From positions 2,208,001 through 2,272,000 of the forward strand of contig CBDDFZ010000001.1 of assembly GCA_965227515.1 (NCBI GenBank): a DNA stretch of 64,000 nucleotides, written 5' to 3'. How positions within the stretch are numbered: position 1 is the stretch's first letter; the number at the start of each line of letters is the position of its first letter. Below the pieces are notes generated by a model. It was not told the origin of the DNA, ran no database searches, and was given only the letters and a program-made list of their open reading frames with translations. The translations under genes and the position numbers were made by a program. The DNA comes from Alphaproteobacteria bacterium (GTDB lineage: Bacteria; Pseudomonadota; Alphaproteobacteria; CALKHQ01). This document shows, piece after piece, positions 1 through 10,529 of this stretch.

Positions 1-68
1 GCTATTTCGCGGCGCCGGGCGAAGCGGCGGAAAGCGAACCGGTCGAGCCGGACCTGGAGGATGGGTAG
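1..68 (+). CDS. 3' end of an upstream gene, possibly N-acetylmuramoyl-L-alanine amidase (partial)
   Basis: Open frame ...YFAAPGEAAESEPVEPDLEDG* ending at TAG 66-68. The amidase identity is inferred only from common amiC-PBP1A synteny. Confidence 0.3.
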   Translation, partial: YFAAPGEAAESEPVEPDLEDG

Positions 69-251
69 CTGCACTGCAGCGAAACCATCGTGGAAAGCGA
101 AAGCGCACGGTCCTATTATGGCCACAGTTGCGCGTCGGTCTGGGACCGGGCATTGGTTCGCCAGGATGCGGCGGCCAGCAAACAACGGACCGAAGGCGGC
201 TCGTTGAGCGCCTGCAAATGTTCTTAGAGATAACAAGAGGCGACGGCTGAC

Positions 252-2780
252 ATGCGTGTGCTGCGCTGGATTGTGGGATTGTTCGCGACGTTCGCCCTGT
301 TGGGGCTGATCGGCGCGGTGACGGTGGTCTGGTACTACAGCCGGGACCTGCCCGATGCCAGCCAGCTGGCAACCTACGAGCCGCCGGTCGTGACCCGCAT
401 CTATGCCGGCGACGGACAGTTGCTGCGCGAGCTGGCGCTGGAAGGCAACCGGCGCACCTTCGTGCCGGTGGAGCAGATTCCCGAGCTGGTGAAGAACGCC
501 TTCATCGCGGCTGAGGACCAGCGTTTCCGCGAGCATTCCGGCGTCGACTTCATGGGCGTGATCCGCGCCATCCAGCAGAACCTGCAGAACTACGGTTCCG
601 GGCAGCGGCTGATCGGTGCGTCGACCATCACCCAGCAGGTGGCGAAGAACTTCCTGACCGGCGACGAGGACTCGATCGAGCGCAAGATCCGCGAGGCGCT
701 GCTGGCGTTCCGCATCGAGGAGTATTTCTCCAAGGACCACATCCTCGAGCTCTACCTGAACGAGATCTATTTTGGCCGCCGCAGCTCCGGCGTGGCGGCG
801 GCGGCGCTGAACTATTTCGGCAAGTCGCTGAACGAGCTGACGGCGGGCGAGGCGGCCTATCTGGCCGGCATCATCAAGGGGCCGGAGAACTATCGCCCCG
901 ACCGCTACATGGACGCAGCGCTCGAACGCCGGGACTATGTGCTCGGCCGCATGCTGGAGGACGGCTACATCACTGGCGCCGAGGCCCAGGTTGCGATCGA
1001 CGCGCCGCTGGTGGTGGTGGACCGCGACCCGTCGGCCGATGTGCCCGCCGGCTATTTCGCGGAGGAGGTGCGGCGCGAGCTGGTGGCCCGGTTCGCGGCC
1101 GAGGGCGGGGCGGAGTACGTCAACGCCGCCGGCCTTTCCGTGCGCACGACGCTCGATCCCTACTACCAGGAACTGGCCCACGCCGCCCTGCGCACCGGCT
1201 TGCTGGAGTATGACCGCCGCCACGGCTATCGCGGCCCGATCGCGCAACTGGAGAATTTCGACAACTGGCCGGCGCAGCTTGCCGAGATCGGCACGCCGGA
1301 CGGTGCCGGCGACTGGCGGCTGGCGGTGGTGCTGGAGATCAACGACGAGGTCGCCGACCTCGGGTTCCTGAACCGCGAGCGCGGCCTGATCGGCATGCCG
1401 GGCGTGGACTGGGCGGCACCCACGCTGGAGAACCAGCGCGTGGGCAACGCACCCAGCCGGGTCACCCAGGTGCTGGAAAAGGGCGACGTGATCCTGGTGT
1501 CGCCGCGCGACCCGGAGGCCGCGGCCGCCTATGCCGAGGCGTTCGTGGACTATCGCGCGGCACTGGCCGAGGCCGGCGAGGACGAGGAAGTGCCCGCGCC
1601 CGAGCCGCCGGCCTACAAGCTGGAGCAGATTCCGAATGTCGGCGGCGGCATCGTCGTGATGGACCCGCATACCGGCCGCGTGCTCGCCATGTCCGGCGGC
1701 TACGACTACGAGATGAGCGAGTTCAACCGGGCGACCCAGGCGATGCGCCAGCCCGGCTCTTCATTCAAGCCGTTCGTCTATCTGGCAGCACTCGACGACG
1801 GCTTCACGCCGGCCTCGATCGTGCTCGACGCGCCGTTCGTGCTCGACCTCGGGCCCGGCGCGGCGGACTACCGGCCGGAAAACTATAACGGCCAGTTCTA
1901 CGGGCCGCTGCCGTTGCGCGTCGGCCTGGAGCGCTCGCTGAACCTGATGACGGTGCGGCTGGCTTATACGGTCGGTCTCGACCGGATCACCGACTACGCG
2001 CGTGTCTTCGGCATCGACGAGAACATGGAGCCGTTCATGTCGATGGCGCTGGGCGCGGGCGAGACCACGGTGGCGCGTCTGGTCGGTGCCTATTCGCAGC
2101 TCGTCAACGGCGGGCGCTATGTGACCCCGACCCTGATCGACCGCATCCAGGACCGCTATGGCCACACGCTGCCGGGCTCGCGCCAGGATACCCGCGTGTG
2201 CGGCGCCTGCCGGGCGGACACCTACGAAGGCCAGGAGATGCCGCTGCTGCCGGACGGCCGGGCGCAGATCGCCGATTCCCGGACCACGTTCCAGGTCGTG
2301 CATATGCTGCAGGGCGTGGTGCAGCGGGGCACGGCGAGCCGCCTTGGCCAGGCCCTGCCTGGCGTGCCGATGGGTGGCAAGACCGGCACCACCGACAATG
2401 GCTATGACGCCTGGTTCGTCGGTTTCACGCCCGACCTGGTGGTGGGCGCCTATGTCGGCTTCGACCAGCCGCGCACGCTGGGGCCCGGCGAGGCCGGCGG
2501 CCGCACCGCGCTGCCGGTGGTGCGCGAGTTCCTGGTCGCCGCGCTGGACGGCCAGGCCCATCCCGACTTCCGGCCGCCGCAGGGGCTGAACTTCGTGCCG
2601 GTGGACCGCGCGACCGGCCTGCGTGTCGATGGCGGCGGCGACGTCGTCTACGAGGCGTTCATCCCCGGCACCGAGCCGACGGATACCCATCATGCGCCGC
2701 GCAGCGCGGTGGTCGAGGTGTCCGCGTCCGGGCCGCCGTCGGCCGAGCAGATCGAGACCGGGACGGGCGGGCTTTATTGA
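252..2780 (+). CDS. mrcA: Penicillin-binding protein 1A (transglycosylase/transpeptidase)
   Basis: N-terminal TM; transglycosylase motifs EDQRF, GASTITQQVAKN, RKIRE; transpeptidase motifs SSFK, SLN, KTG. Confidence 0.95.
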   Translation: MRVLRWIVGLFATFALLGLIGAVTVVWYYSRDLPDASQLATYEPPVVTRIYAGDGQLLRELALEGNRRTFVPVEQIPELVKNAFIAAEDQRFREHSGVDFMGVIRAIQQNLQNYGSGQRLIGASTITQQVAKNFLTGDEDSIERKIREALLAFRIEEYFSKDHILELYLNEIYFGRRSSGVAAAALNYFGKSLNELTAGEAAYLAGIIKGPENYRPDRYMDAALERRDYVLGRMLEDGYITGAEAQVAIDAPLVVVDRDPSADVPAGYFAEEVRRELVARFAAEGGAEYVNAAGLSVRTTLDPYYQELAHAALRTGLLEYDRRHGYRGPIAQLENFDNWPAQLAEIGTPDGAGDWRLAVVLEINDEVADLGFLNRERGLIGMPGVDWAAPTLENQRVGNAPSRVTQVLEKGDVILVSPRDPEAAAAYAEAFVDYRAALAEAGEDEEVPAPEPPAYKLEQIPNVGGGIVVMDPHTGRVLAMSGGYDYEMSEFNRATQAMRQPGSSFKPFVYLAALDDGFTPASIVLDAPFVLDLGPGAADYRPENYNGQFYGPLPLRVGLERSLNLMTVRLAYTVGLDRITDYARVFGIDENMEPFMSMALGAGETTVARLVGAYSQLVNGGRYVTPTLIDRIQDRYGHTLPGSRQDTRVCGACRADTYEGQEMPLLPDGRAQIADSRTTFQVVHMLQGVVQRGTASRLGQALPGVPMGGKTGTTDNGYDAWFVGFTPDLVVGAYVGFDQPRTLGPGEAGGRTALPVVREFLVAALDGQAHPDFRPPQGLNFVPVDRATGLRVDGGGDVVYEAFIPGTEPTDTHHAPRSAVVEVSASGPPSAEQIETGTGGLY

Positions 2781-3574
2781 CCCCGACGTCATCGTTGTCG
2801 GTGCCCGCAACGCTCGATCCGCGCTTCAGCCTGGTCGAGAAGGCCGCGACCCTCAGCACCAATGACGACGCCCGCGCCCTGGCGCAGGACGGCGCCGCGC
2901 ACCTGACGGTCGTGCGCGCCGACGAGCAGGGTGCGGGACGCGGTCGTGGCGGCCGGGCCTGGTCGTCGCCGCCCGGCAATGTGTACAGCTCCATCCTGCT
3001 CAGGCCGCAACCGTCCTGGCCCACGGTACTGAACCTGCCGTTCGTCACCGCGCTGGCCATCGTCGATGCCGCGCGCGGTTTCCTGGGCGGTTCCGACGCG
3101 CAGGTGCGGACGAAATGGCCCAATGACGTGCTGATCGATGGAGCCAAGGTCTCCGGCGTGCTGCTGGAGGCGGGGCCGGCCATCCGCAATGGCGGCTTCG
3201 AGTGGATCATCATCGGCGCCGGCATCAATGTCGGTTTCGCGCCGGCGCTGCCCGATCGCCCAGCCGCCGCTCTGGCGGATCTGTGCACCCCGCCGCCGTC
3301 GGTCGATGCGGTGTTCACCGCCTATTGCAACGCATTCGCCGCCGGGCTGGACCAATGGCTGGCCGAGGGGTTTCAGCCCGTACGCGCACGCTTCGTCGCA
3401 CACTCGGTCGGCATCGGCGCGCCGATCACGGTTCGCGCCGGTCCCGGTGGCGGCGCCATTGCCGGGCGGATGCGCGACATCGACGGCGCGGGCGCGCTGC
3501 TGCTGGAACTCAGCGACGGCACGGTCAAGACGCTGACCACGGGGGATGTGTTTCTGGGTGAGGCTGGCGGTTGA
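2777..3574 (+). CDS. birA: Biotin--[acetyl-CoA-carboxylase] ligase
   Basis: QGAGRGRGGRAWSSP, KWPNDV and KVSGVLLE motifs; start overlaps the upstream stop codon. Confidence 0.92.
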   Translation: MTPTSSLSVPATLDPRFSLVEKAATLSTNDDARALAQDGAAHLTVVRADEQGAGRGRGGRAWSSPPGNVYSSILLRPQPSWPTVLNLPFVTALAIVDAARGFLGGSDAQVRTKWPNDVLIDGAKVSGVLLEAGPAIRNGGFEWIIIGAGINVGFAPALPDRPAAALADLCTPPPSVDAVFTAYCNAFAAGLDQWLAEGFQPVRARFVAHSVGIGAPITVRAGPGGGAIAGRMRDIDGAGALLLELSDGTVKTLTTGDVFLGEAGG

Positions 3575-3672
3575 GCGCGTCCTGGACGACCGTGTGTTAC
3601 GGGGCCATGGGACCGCCATTCATTCGAACAGCATTGGGCCTACGATGATCCCGCCGCGCGCCGGATTGCTGG

Positions 3673-3719
3673 TTAACACTTTGTCAACGATTCGGCCGGT
3701 ACGGTAACCGGGCATTAAC
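3673..3719. promoter_or_regulatory. Two CtrA-like boxes (TTAA-N7-TTAA, one mismatch each)
   Basis: TTAA-cactttg-TCAA at 3673-3687 and GTAA-ccgggca-TTAAC at 3704-3719; GANTC sites at 3689 and 3726. Confidence 0.5.
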
Positions 3720-3974
3720 AGAGATGAATCCAGCGCAGCCCATTGATGGGGGCAATTTAGCAGGCTGGGATTGCGCCGCGCTGCGGGCGCATAGGGCGGG
3801 CAACCTGCAAGGCAGGCGGTTGCATCGGCCAAAGTTACCCGCGGCTTGACGAGGTCTTACTGCCCGGTGCGATGAGATGACGTTGATGCCACATACGGTT
3901 GCGATCTGCCGGAAGGACACGGCGCCGCGCTGCTTGCGCGTGGGTGTGCTCGTGATCTTGCGCATGGTGTCGCC

Positions 3975-5597
3975 ATGAGCTCTGCAGGCGAACCCGTCTC
4001 CCAAAGCGGCGCTGGCATTCGGCTGATGGCGCCATTGGACGATGCCGTCCCGCCGACCATGGTGGCCAACGCACTGTCGTGCCTGTTGATCGGCGGCAGT
4101 GCCGAGATGGCGGCGATGCTCGAGGCCAGGCTGAAATCCTCCGCGCCGCGCGCCGTCGAGTTTCGCCACACGGGCGATGTCGAGGCATGCATTGCCGAAC
4201 TGCATCGCGGGTTTCCGAATGTCATCTTCCTGGTGCCGCAGGCAGGCGGCGATGCTGCGCTGGACGATCTGGGCCGGGTGACGCGCGTGGCGTCGGTCGT
4301 GCCGGTCGTGGTTCTGACGGAATCGCAGACGCCCGATGTCGCTGTCAGAATGGTGGCGCTGGGCGCACAGGACGTGGTGGATGCGGCGGGGCTGCAGCGA
4401 GAGAACCTGTATCGCATCGCGCAATACGCCATCGAGCGCCACGAGCTGCGGCGCGCCCTGCACGTGCACCTGCAGGAGTTGGAGTGTACGCAGCAGCGGT
4501 TCCATAGCCTGATCGCCGACAATGCCGACGCCATCCTGATCGTCGACGAGAACGGTCGTGTGAAGTTCGCCAACCCGGCGGCCGAGGCGCTGTTGCGCAA
4601 GCCGGCGCACACCATGCTGAACGATCGCTTTCACCTGCCCGCCGACAGCCAGGATGAGCCGGAGATCGAGATCGTGCGCGATGACGGCAGCCGTGTCGTG
4701 GTTTCGATGCGCTTCATGCGGACACTGTGGGACGGGCGGACGGCCTACATTGCCACCTTGCGCGACGTCAGTGAGCGCAAGCGGGCGGAGCGGTCGCTGG
4801 AGGTCGCGAAGCGGCGCGCCGAGGACGCCAACCGGCTGAAGACCCAGTTCCTGGCGAACATGAGCCACGAGCTGCGCACGCCGCTGAATTCCATCCTGGG
4901 CTTCTCCGAACTCATGGACCTGGGCATCCATGGCGATCTGGGACACGACCGCTACCACGACTACATTCAGAACATCCGTCAGTCGGGCACCCATTTGCTG
5001 TCGCTGATCAATGACTTGCTCGATCTGTCGAAGGTCGAAGCCGGCAAGTTCGAGTTGATCGAGAGCCGGTTCGCCATCGCCGAATCCATCGAAAGCATCG
5101 TGGAGTCGCTGCGGCCGAAGCTGGTGGAAGCGCAGCTGGACATCACCGTCGACGTCGGGGCGCCGGACCTGCGCGTCATTGCCGACCAGCGGCAGGTGAA
5201 GCAGATCCTGCTCAACTTGCTGTCGAACGCCATCAAATTCACGCCGGCGGGTGGATCGATCACGGTGGACTGCCGGCTGCAGGAGACTGGCGAGCTTGCG
5301 ATCAGCGTGGCCGATACCGGCATCGGCATTCCCGATTCCGCGTTCTCCAAGGCGCTGGCCGCGTTCGGTCAGGTCGACCATGCCTTCTCCAGCAACAAGG
5401 GCGAGGGCACCGGTCTTGGCCTGACGCTTTGCCGCCGGATGGCCGAGTTGCACGGGGGCCGGCTGAGGCTGGCCAGCAAGGAAGGCGAAGGCACGACCGT
5501 CACGGTGACCCTGCCGCGGCGCCGCGTGCTGGGCCAGGAGCTCGGCCAGCAGGAACGCCGGCAACGGCGGCGCATGGCGGCGGGCGCGCACGCCTGA
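3975..5597 (+). CDS. PleC/DivJ-like sensor histidine kinase with N-terminal atypical receiver domain and PAS domain
   Basis: H-box [15 protein letters not shown]-box NLLSNAIKF, G1 DTGIGI, G2 GTGLGL. The REC-like N-terminus lacks obvious acidic-pocket residues. The start codon is uncertain. Confidence 0.9.
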   Translation: MSSAGEPVSQSGAGIRLMAPLDDAVPPTMVANALSCLLIGGSAEMAAMLEARLKSSAPRAVEFRHTGDVEACIAELHRGFPNVIFLVPQAGGDAALDDLGRVTRVASVVPVVVLTESQTPDVAVRMVALGAQDVVDAAGLQRENLYRIAQYAIERHELRRALHVHLQELECTQQRFHSLIADNADAILIVDENGRVKFANPAAEALLRKPAHTMLNDRFHLPADSQDEPEIEIVRDDGSRVVVSMRFMRTLWDGRTAYIATLRDVSERKRAERSLEVAKRRAEDANRLKTQFLANMSHELRTPLNSILGFSELMDLGIHGDLGHDRYHDYIQNIRQSGTHLLSLINDLLDLSKVEAGKFELIESRFAIAESIESIVESLRPKLVEAQLDITVDVGAPDLRVIADQRQVKQILLNLLSNAIKFTPAGGSITVDCRLQETGELAISVADTGIGIPDSAFSKALAAFGQVDHAFSSNKGEGTGLGLTLCRRMAELHGGRLRLASKEGEGTTVTVTLPRRRVLGQELGQQERRQRRRMAAGAHA

Positions 5598-5656
5598 TCG
5601 CCGTTCCGATACGCCGTGCTATCCTCCCTGCCGCGTGCGCGCAGGCGGGGGAGGGG

Positions 5657-6922
5657 ATGGCAGAACACCACGCATATCGAACGCTGGATGCCGCCGGCAC
5701 GGCGCGTCTTCTGGCCGGCGTCCCGCACCTTGCCGAGCTGTTGGGCGGCTGTGACTCGGGCTGGACGGTCGAGCCGCTGACCGGCGGCAATCTGAACCAG
5801 GTCTTCCTGGTGCGCGGCCCCGACGCCGCGTTCTGTGCCAAGCAGTCGCTGCCCTATATGCGCCTGCTGGGCCCCGATGCCCACATGCCGCGCGACCGCA
5901 TCGCGTTCGAACACCGCGCCCTGAGCGCCCATGGCCGCCATGCGCCGGAGCGTGTGCCGACGGTCCGCCACTTCGATCCCGACCTCTGTCTGCTGGTGAT
6001 GGACTACATGTCGCCGCACGTGCCGCTGCGGCAGGGCCTGATGGACGGCCGGCGATATCCCGTGCTGGCGGCACACCTGGGCGACTATCTGGCCCGCGTG
6101 ATCTTCCACACCTCCGACCTGGGGCTGACGGCGGCGGCACGGCGCGAGCAGGCCGCCGCCATGGCCGCCAACCACGGCATGTACAAGTTCATGGAGGACC
6201 TGGCCTATACCGAGCCCTATGTCGTCCACCCCAGGAACGCTTGGAACGCGCCGCACCTGGACGGCATCGCCGCCGCGTTTCGTGCCGACAGGGATTTGAA
6301 GCTCGCGGTTTCGGCGCTGAAGCACCGCTACATGACGGCGGCCGAGACCTTCAACCACGGCGACCTGCATACCGATTCCGTGCTGGTGACCGACGGCGAT
6401 ACCCGCATCATCGACATGGAACTCGCGATGTACGGGCCCATGGGCTACGACTTCGGCCACCTGTTCGGGCACCTGTTTCTCAACGCCTTTGCCCATGACG
6501 GACTGCCGGACCCGGAGGGGTGGCGCGGCGCGCAGCAGCAGTGGGTGGCCGCCATGGTTCCCGCCATCTGGAAGGCGTTCGAGACCGGCTTTCGCGGATT
6601 GTGGGGCACGTCTCGGACGGGCGATGCGTGGCCGGCGGGCTGGTTCGGCGACGACGCGGCCGGCGACGCGGCGGCGCTCGACCGGGTGCTGGGCACGATC
6701 CGCCAGGATGCTGTGCGCTATGCCGGCATCGAGATGATCCGGCGCATCCTAGGCGTTGGCCAAGTGCCGGACCTGCAGTCGATCGAGGATCCGGCACGCC
6801 GCGCGGTCTGCGAGACCCGCGCGCTGAATTTTGCGCGCGAGATGGTGGTAGGCGGCACCGGCTGCGCGGACGTGGCGGACATGGTCGCCGCCGCCGCGCA
6901 TCTCCACGGGCCGGTGGGGTAG
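5657..6922 (+). CDS. mtnK: S-methyl-5-thioribose kinase
   Basis: GGNLNQVF, KQSLPY, HGDLHTDS, IDME and EMIRRILG motifs; RBS gagggg precedes ATG 5657. Confidence 0.8.
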   Translation: MAEHHAYRTLDAAGTARLLAGVPHLAELLGGCDSGWTVEPLTGGNLNQVFLVRGPDAAFCAKQSLPYMRLLGPDAHMPRDRIAFEHRALSAHGRHAPERVPTVRHFDPDLCLLVMDYMSPHVPLRQGLMDGRRYPVLAAHLGDYLARVIFHTSDLGLTAAARREQAAAMAANHGMYKFMEDLAYTEPYVVHPRNAWNAPHLDGIAAAFRADRDLKLAVSALKHRYMTAAETFNHGDLHTDSVLVTDGDTRIIDMELAMYGPMGYDFGHLFGHLFLNAFAHDGLPDPEGWRGAQQQWVAAMVPAIWKAFETGFRGLWGTSRTGDAWPAGWFGDDAAGDAAALDRVLGTIRQDAVRYAGIEMIRRILGVGQVPDLQSIEDPARRAVCETRALNFAREMVVGGTGCADVADMVAAAAHLHGPVG

Positions 6923-6935
6923 GGAGGCCGGCGAC

Positions 6936-7952
6936 CTACTGGCCCGCCGTCTCCAAGTGTGCCAGCGCGGCGCGGGCACGCGCGCGCATGGCGGTATCCG
7001 GGTAGTTGTTGGCGATGCGGTGCAGCGTCGCTTCGGCGCGGATATCGCCGGCCTCGGCCATCTCGAACGCCATCGCGTCGCGCGCGTCGTAATAGCGCTT
7101 GTCGAAAGGCGCCACCTTCAGGTCCATGTCGCGCCAGTAGTACTTGTAGGTGTCGTCGTCGACGTCTGCGTAGAGCGTCTCCCAATCCAGGTGACGCCGG
7201 TGCGGGTGCAGCCAGTCCTCGGTCACCGGTTCGCTGAGCGGCTGGTAGCGCATGTCCACCGACAGCCGCATCCTGTCAGATGTGTTGGCGGCACCGCGAT
7301 GCACGGTCAGCGCGTTGAACATCAGAACGTCGCCGGCCCGCATCTCACCGCCGCACCAGACCTCTTCGAAGTCGCCCGGCACCTCCATGCCGCCGGCACC
7401 GAGCGCCGGATGCAGCGGCAGCACGCCGCCCTTCTGCGACCCTGCCGCGATTTGCAGCCCACCGAGGGCGGCCGGGCAGTCGCCGAGCGGCACCCATGCG
7501 GTGAAGGTGCGCGTCGTGCCCTGCACGTGCGGGAAGTCCTGGTGCTGCGGTGTCGCGTGCTCGTTCTTCTGCGGGAACAGGTAGCGGAAGATGATGCGCG
7601 GCAGCGGCAGCACCGGCTCGGCGAACAGCTTCTCCGCGACCCCGGTCAGGGCCGGGTGGTGCTGCAACCTTTGCACCGCGGGCAGCACCCCGTGGCGACA
7701 GACCAGTTCGGAGACGACGGGGTCGGTGTCGAGGGTGAAGTTGTCCAGATTGGCGATCGCGCGGTCGTCGTCCGGGCTTTCCTGCGCGATCCAGCCGAGC
7801 CGGGCGAGATCGGGCAGCAGGGCGCGCCGCGCCGCCAGCACGTCGTCGCGCGGCAACAGGCCGGGCAGGAACAGATAGCCGTCCCGCGCCGCTTGCGCGC
7901 GCAACGCTTCGGCGTCGCCGATCAGTGCATGGGAATCCTGGAAAGGTTTCAT
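6936..7952 (-). CDS. Phytanoyl-CoA dioxygenase family Fe(II)/2OG oxygenase
   Basis: TPQHQD facial-triad motif, TAWVPL, distal His in HRGAANTSDRMRLSVDMRY. Confidence 0.88.
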   Translation of the reverse strand: MKPFQDSHALIGDAEALRAQAARDGYLFLPGLLPRDDVLAARRALLPDLARLGWIAQESPDDDRAIANLDNFTLDTDPVVSELVCRHGVLPAVQRLQHHPALTGVAEKLFAEPVLPLPRIIFRYLFPQKNEHATPQHQDFPHVQGTTRTFTAWVPLGDCPAALGGLQIAAGSQKGGVLPLHPALGAGGMEVPGDFEEVWCGGEMRAGDVLMFNALTVHRGAANTSDRMRLSVDMRYQPLSEPVTEDWLHPHRRHLDWETLYADVDDDTYKYYWRDMDLKVAPFDKRYYDARDAMAFEMAEAGDIRAEATLHRIANNYPDTAMRARARAALAHLETAGQ

Positions 7953-7959
7953 CGCCTCG

Positions 7960-8997
7960 TCATGCCGACAGGAACCTGAATTCCATCACGTGCCGGTATT
8001 CCTGGTGAGGGTCCAGCCGCGCTTGCGGGAAGTGTGAGACGTTCGGCCCGTTCGGAAAGCGCTGGGTCTCCAGGGTGAAACCGGCGAACTGCGGGTAGCT
8101 GGCGCCGCCCTTGCCTGTCAGGCCGTCGCGCAGATGGTTGGCGGTGTAGAACTGCACGCCGGGCTCGGTCGTCGCCAGCGTGAAGCCGCGCCCGGAGGCG
8201 GGGTCGCGCGCCATCACCACATGGCGCAGATGCCCCGGCTCGCCGCGCAGGCACCAATTGTGGTCGAAACCGCCGAAGATGGGCACGTCGGCGATCTCGG
8301 TGCCGATCTGGCGCGGCTCGCGGAAATCGTACTCGGTGCCCGCCACCGCCAGCACCTCGCCGGTCGGTATCGTGTCCTCGTCGACAGGCGTGTAGAAATC
8401 GGCCTCGATCTGAATCTGCTGCTCGACCATCGGGCCGCTGTCGTGGCCGGCCAGGTTGAAGTAGCTGTGGTTGACGATGTTGCACACCGTCGCCCGGTCG
8501 CAGTTGGCGTGATAGGCGATGCGCACGGTGCCGTCCTCGCCCAGCGAATAGGTGGCGCTGGCCTCCAGCGTGCCGGGAAAGCCCTCGTCGTGGTCGGGCG
8601 ACACCAGGCCGAAGGCGACACGGCCGCCGGTCGCATCGTACGACGCATCCCAGACCTTCTTGTCGAAGCCCGCATGACCGCCGTGCAGCGATGTCTCGCC
8701 TTCGTTCTGCGCGACCTGGAACGCCTGTCCGTCCAGCGCGAACGTGCCGCCGCGAATGCGGTTGCCGAAGCGGCCGACGCTGGCACCGAAATACCCTCGA
8801 TTGGCCTGGTATTCCGCCAGTGTGTCGTAGCCGAGGACGATGTCGGCGACCTGTCCGTCCGGCGCCGGCACGTGCAGCTCGGTCAGCGTCGCGCCATAGT
8901 CGGACAGCACCATCGACACGCCCGATCCATTGCTGACGCGATAGCGATGCACCGCCTGCCCGTCGATCTCCCCCCAGGCTTCCTGCTCAACGGTCAT
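7960..8997 (-). CDS. galM: Aldose 1-epimerase (galactose mutarotase)
   Basis: GRFGNRI, LHGG, NHSYFNL, FDHNW and ETQRFP motifs; RBS ggagaag precedes MTVEQE. Confidence 0.92.
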   Translation of the reverse strand: MTVEQEAWGEIDGQAVHRYRVSNGSGVSMVLSDYGATLTELHVPAPDGQVADIVLGYDTLAEYQANRGYFGASVGRFGNRIRGGTFALDGQAFQVAQNEGETSLHGGHAGFDKKVWDASYDATGGRVAFGLVSPDHDEGFPGTLEASATYSLGEDGTVRIAYHANCDRATVCNIVNHSYFNLAGHDSGPMVEQQIQIEADFYTPVDEDTIPTGEVLAVAGTEYDFREPRQIGTEIADVPIFGGFDHNWCLRGEPGHLRHVVMARDPASGRGFTLATTEPGVQFYTANHLRDGLTGKGGASYPQFAGFTLETQRFPNGPNVSHFPQARLDPHQEYRHVMEFRFLSA

Positions 8998-9209
8998 TCC
9001 GTCTTCTCCCCCGCCTCCTGATTTTCCTGCGCCCCCTGGTCCTTTAGTACCTCTGGGGCCAGGATGGCCGCCAGCGCCTTCACGCGCGGGCTCGGCGCGC
9101 CCTTGCGCCACACTAGCATCGTGCGCAGCGGTGTCAGCAGTCCCGATGGCGGTCTGTGCACCTTCAGGTCGCGCGCGGCAGATCCGCGTCGCCAACGCCG
9201 ATGCCGATT

Positions 9210-10529
9210 TTATTGTCGTGGAGGGTGCTGCGGCGTGACGCCCTGGTCCGCCGCCGGTTGCGGGCCGTCTGGCGGTTCCTGCTGCGACAGCGGGTCGAGG
9301 TTGGAGACGGTCTGGCCGACGAACGCCGCCTCCACGTAGGAGGCCCGATCCTCCGCACGCGGTGCGCGGCGCAGGCGCATGCGGAACAGGACGAAGCCGC
9401 ACAGGATGAAATGCATGGCGGCGGTGTAGCCGAACAGGCTGGTCGGGCCGAATACGCGCATCGCGGCGGACGCCAGGATCGGGCCCAGCACCGCGCCCAG
9501 CGCCCAGACCAGCAACAGGCCGCCGGCCGCCTCGACCAGCTTCTCGCGCGCCACGTGGTCGTTCACGTGCGCAACCGCCAGCGAGTAGATCGGGAACGTC
9601 ACCAGCCCCAGCCAGAAGGCGAACGGCAGCACCAGGCCGGGCGCATATGCACCGGCCACCACCAGCGCGACACCGGCAAGTCCGGCCATGCCGGCCGTGC
9701 CGGTCATCACGATGCGGCGGTCGATCCGGTCGGACACCAATCCCAGCGGCCACTGGCCGAGTGCGCCCGCGGCCACGGCCACCGTCATCAGCACGGCGAC
9801 GAAGTCCGACGCGACTTCGCCCTCCGCCGTCCAGCCGGCCGGCGCGGTGGCATCTGCGAAGGCGGGTGCCAGCGCCCAGAACGCACCGTTGGTCAGCCCG
9901 ACCACGAAGCAGCCGACAATGCCCGCCGGCGACGTGCGGTAGAGACCCCTCAGGTCGAAGCGTACGGCGGTGATCGGCGGCGGCGCCTCGGCCTTGGTCA
10001 GCGCCACCGGCACCGCGGCCAGCGACACCAGGATCGAGGCGGCCAGAAAAAGCGCGATGCTGCCGGCCTCGTCGAGCAGCAGCAGAAGCTGTCCGACGGC
10101 GATCATCGTCATGTTGATGACCAGATAGACCGCGAACACGCGGCCGCGTGTCTGGTTGGTCGCCCGGTCGTTCAGCCAGCTCTCCACCACCATGTAGAGC
10201 ACGGCGAAGCACATGCCGCTCGCGAAGCGCATCACCCACCACGGTGCCGGGGACACCAGCAGCGCGTGCGCCAGCACCACCGACGAGGCGACCGAGACCA
10301 TGGCGGCGAAGGTGCGGATATGGCCGGCACGGGCGACGATCCACGGCCCCAAGATGCAACCGATGGCGAAGCCCGCGAAATAGGACGAGCCGAGGACGCC
10401 CAGCGCCACCGAGCCGAAGTCTGCCGCCTGGCCGCGCACCGGCAGCAGCGTCGACTGGAGACCGTTGCCGACCAGCAGCAGCGCGACGCTGGCCAGCAAT
10501 GCGGCCACCGGCAGCAGGGCGGCGATCAT
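9210..10529 (-). CDS. MFS transporter (YcaD-like)
   Basis: About 12 hydrophobic segments; ESWLN...RGR and GLVSDRIDRR motifs. Confidence 0.9.
   Translation of the reverse strand: MIAALLPVAALLASVALLLVGNGLQSTLLPVRGQAADFGSVALGVLGSSYFAGFAIGCILGPWIVARAGHIRTFAAMVSVASSVVLAHALLVSPAPWWVMRFASGMCFAVLYMVVESWLNDRATNQTRGRVFAVYLVINMTMIAVGQLLLLLDEAGSIALFLAASILVSLAAVPVALTKAEAPPPITAVRFDLRGLYRTSPAGIVGCFVVGLTNGAFWALAPAFADATAPAGWTAEGEVASDFVAVLMTVAVAAGALGQWPLGLVSDRIDRRIVMTGTAGMAGLAGVALVVAGAYAPGLVLPFAFWLGLVTFPIYSLAVAHVNDHVAREKLVEAAGGLLLVWALGAVLGPILASAAMRVFGPTSLFGYTAAMHFILCGFVLFRMRLRRAPRAEDRASYVEAAFVGQTVSNLDPLSQQEPPDGPQPAADQGVTPQHPPRQ

Noticed and set aside
7960-10359. 799-aa ORF suggesting a large GalM fusion
   Set aside because: The N-terminal part is an off-frame overlap of the MFS gene. 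GalM has its own RBS and ATG at 8997.
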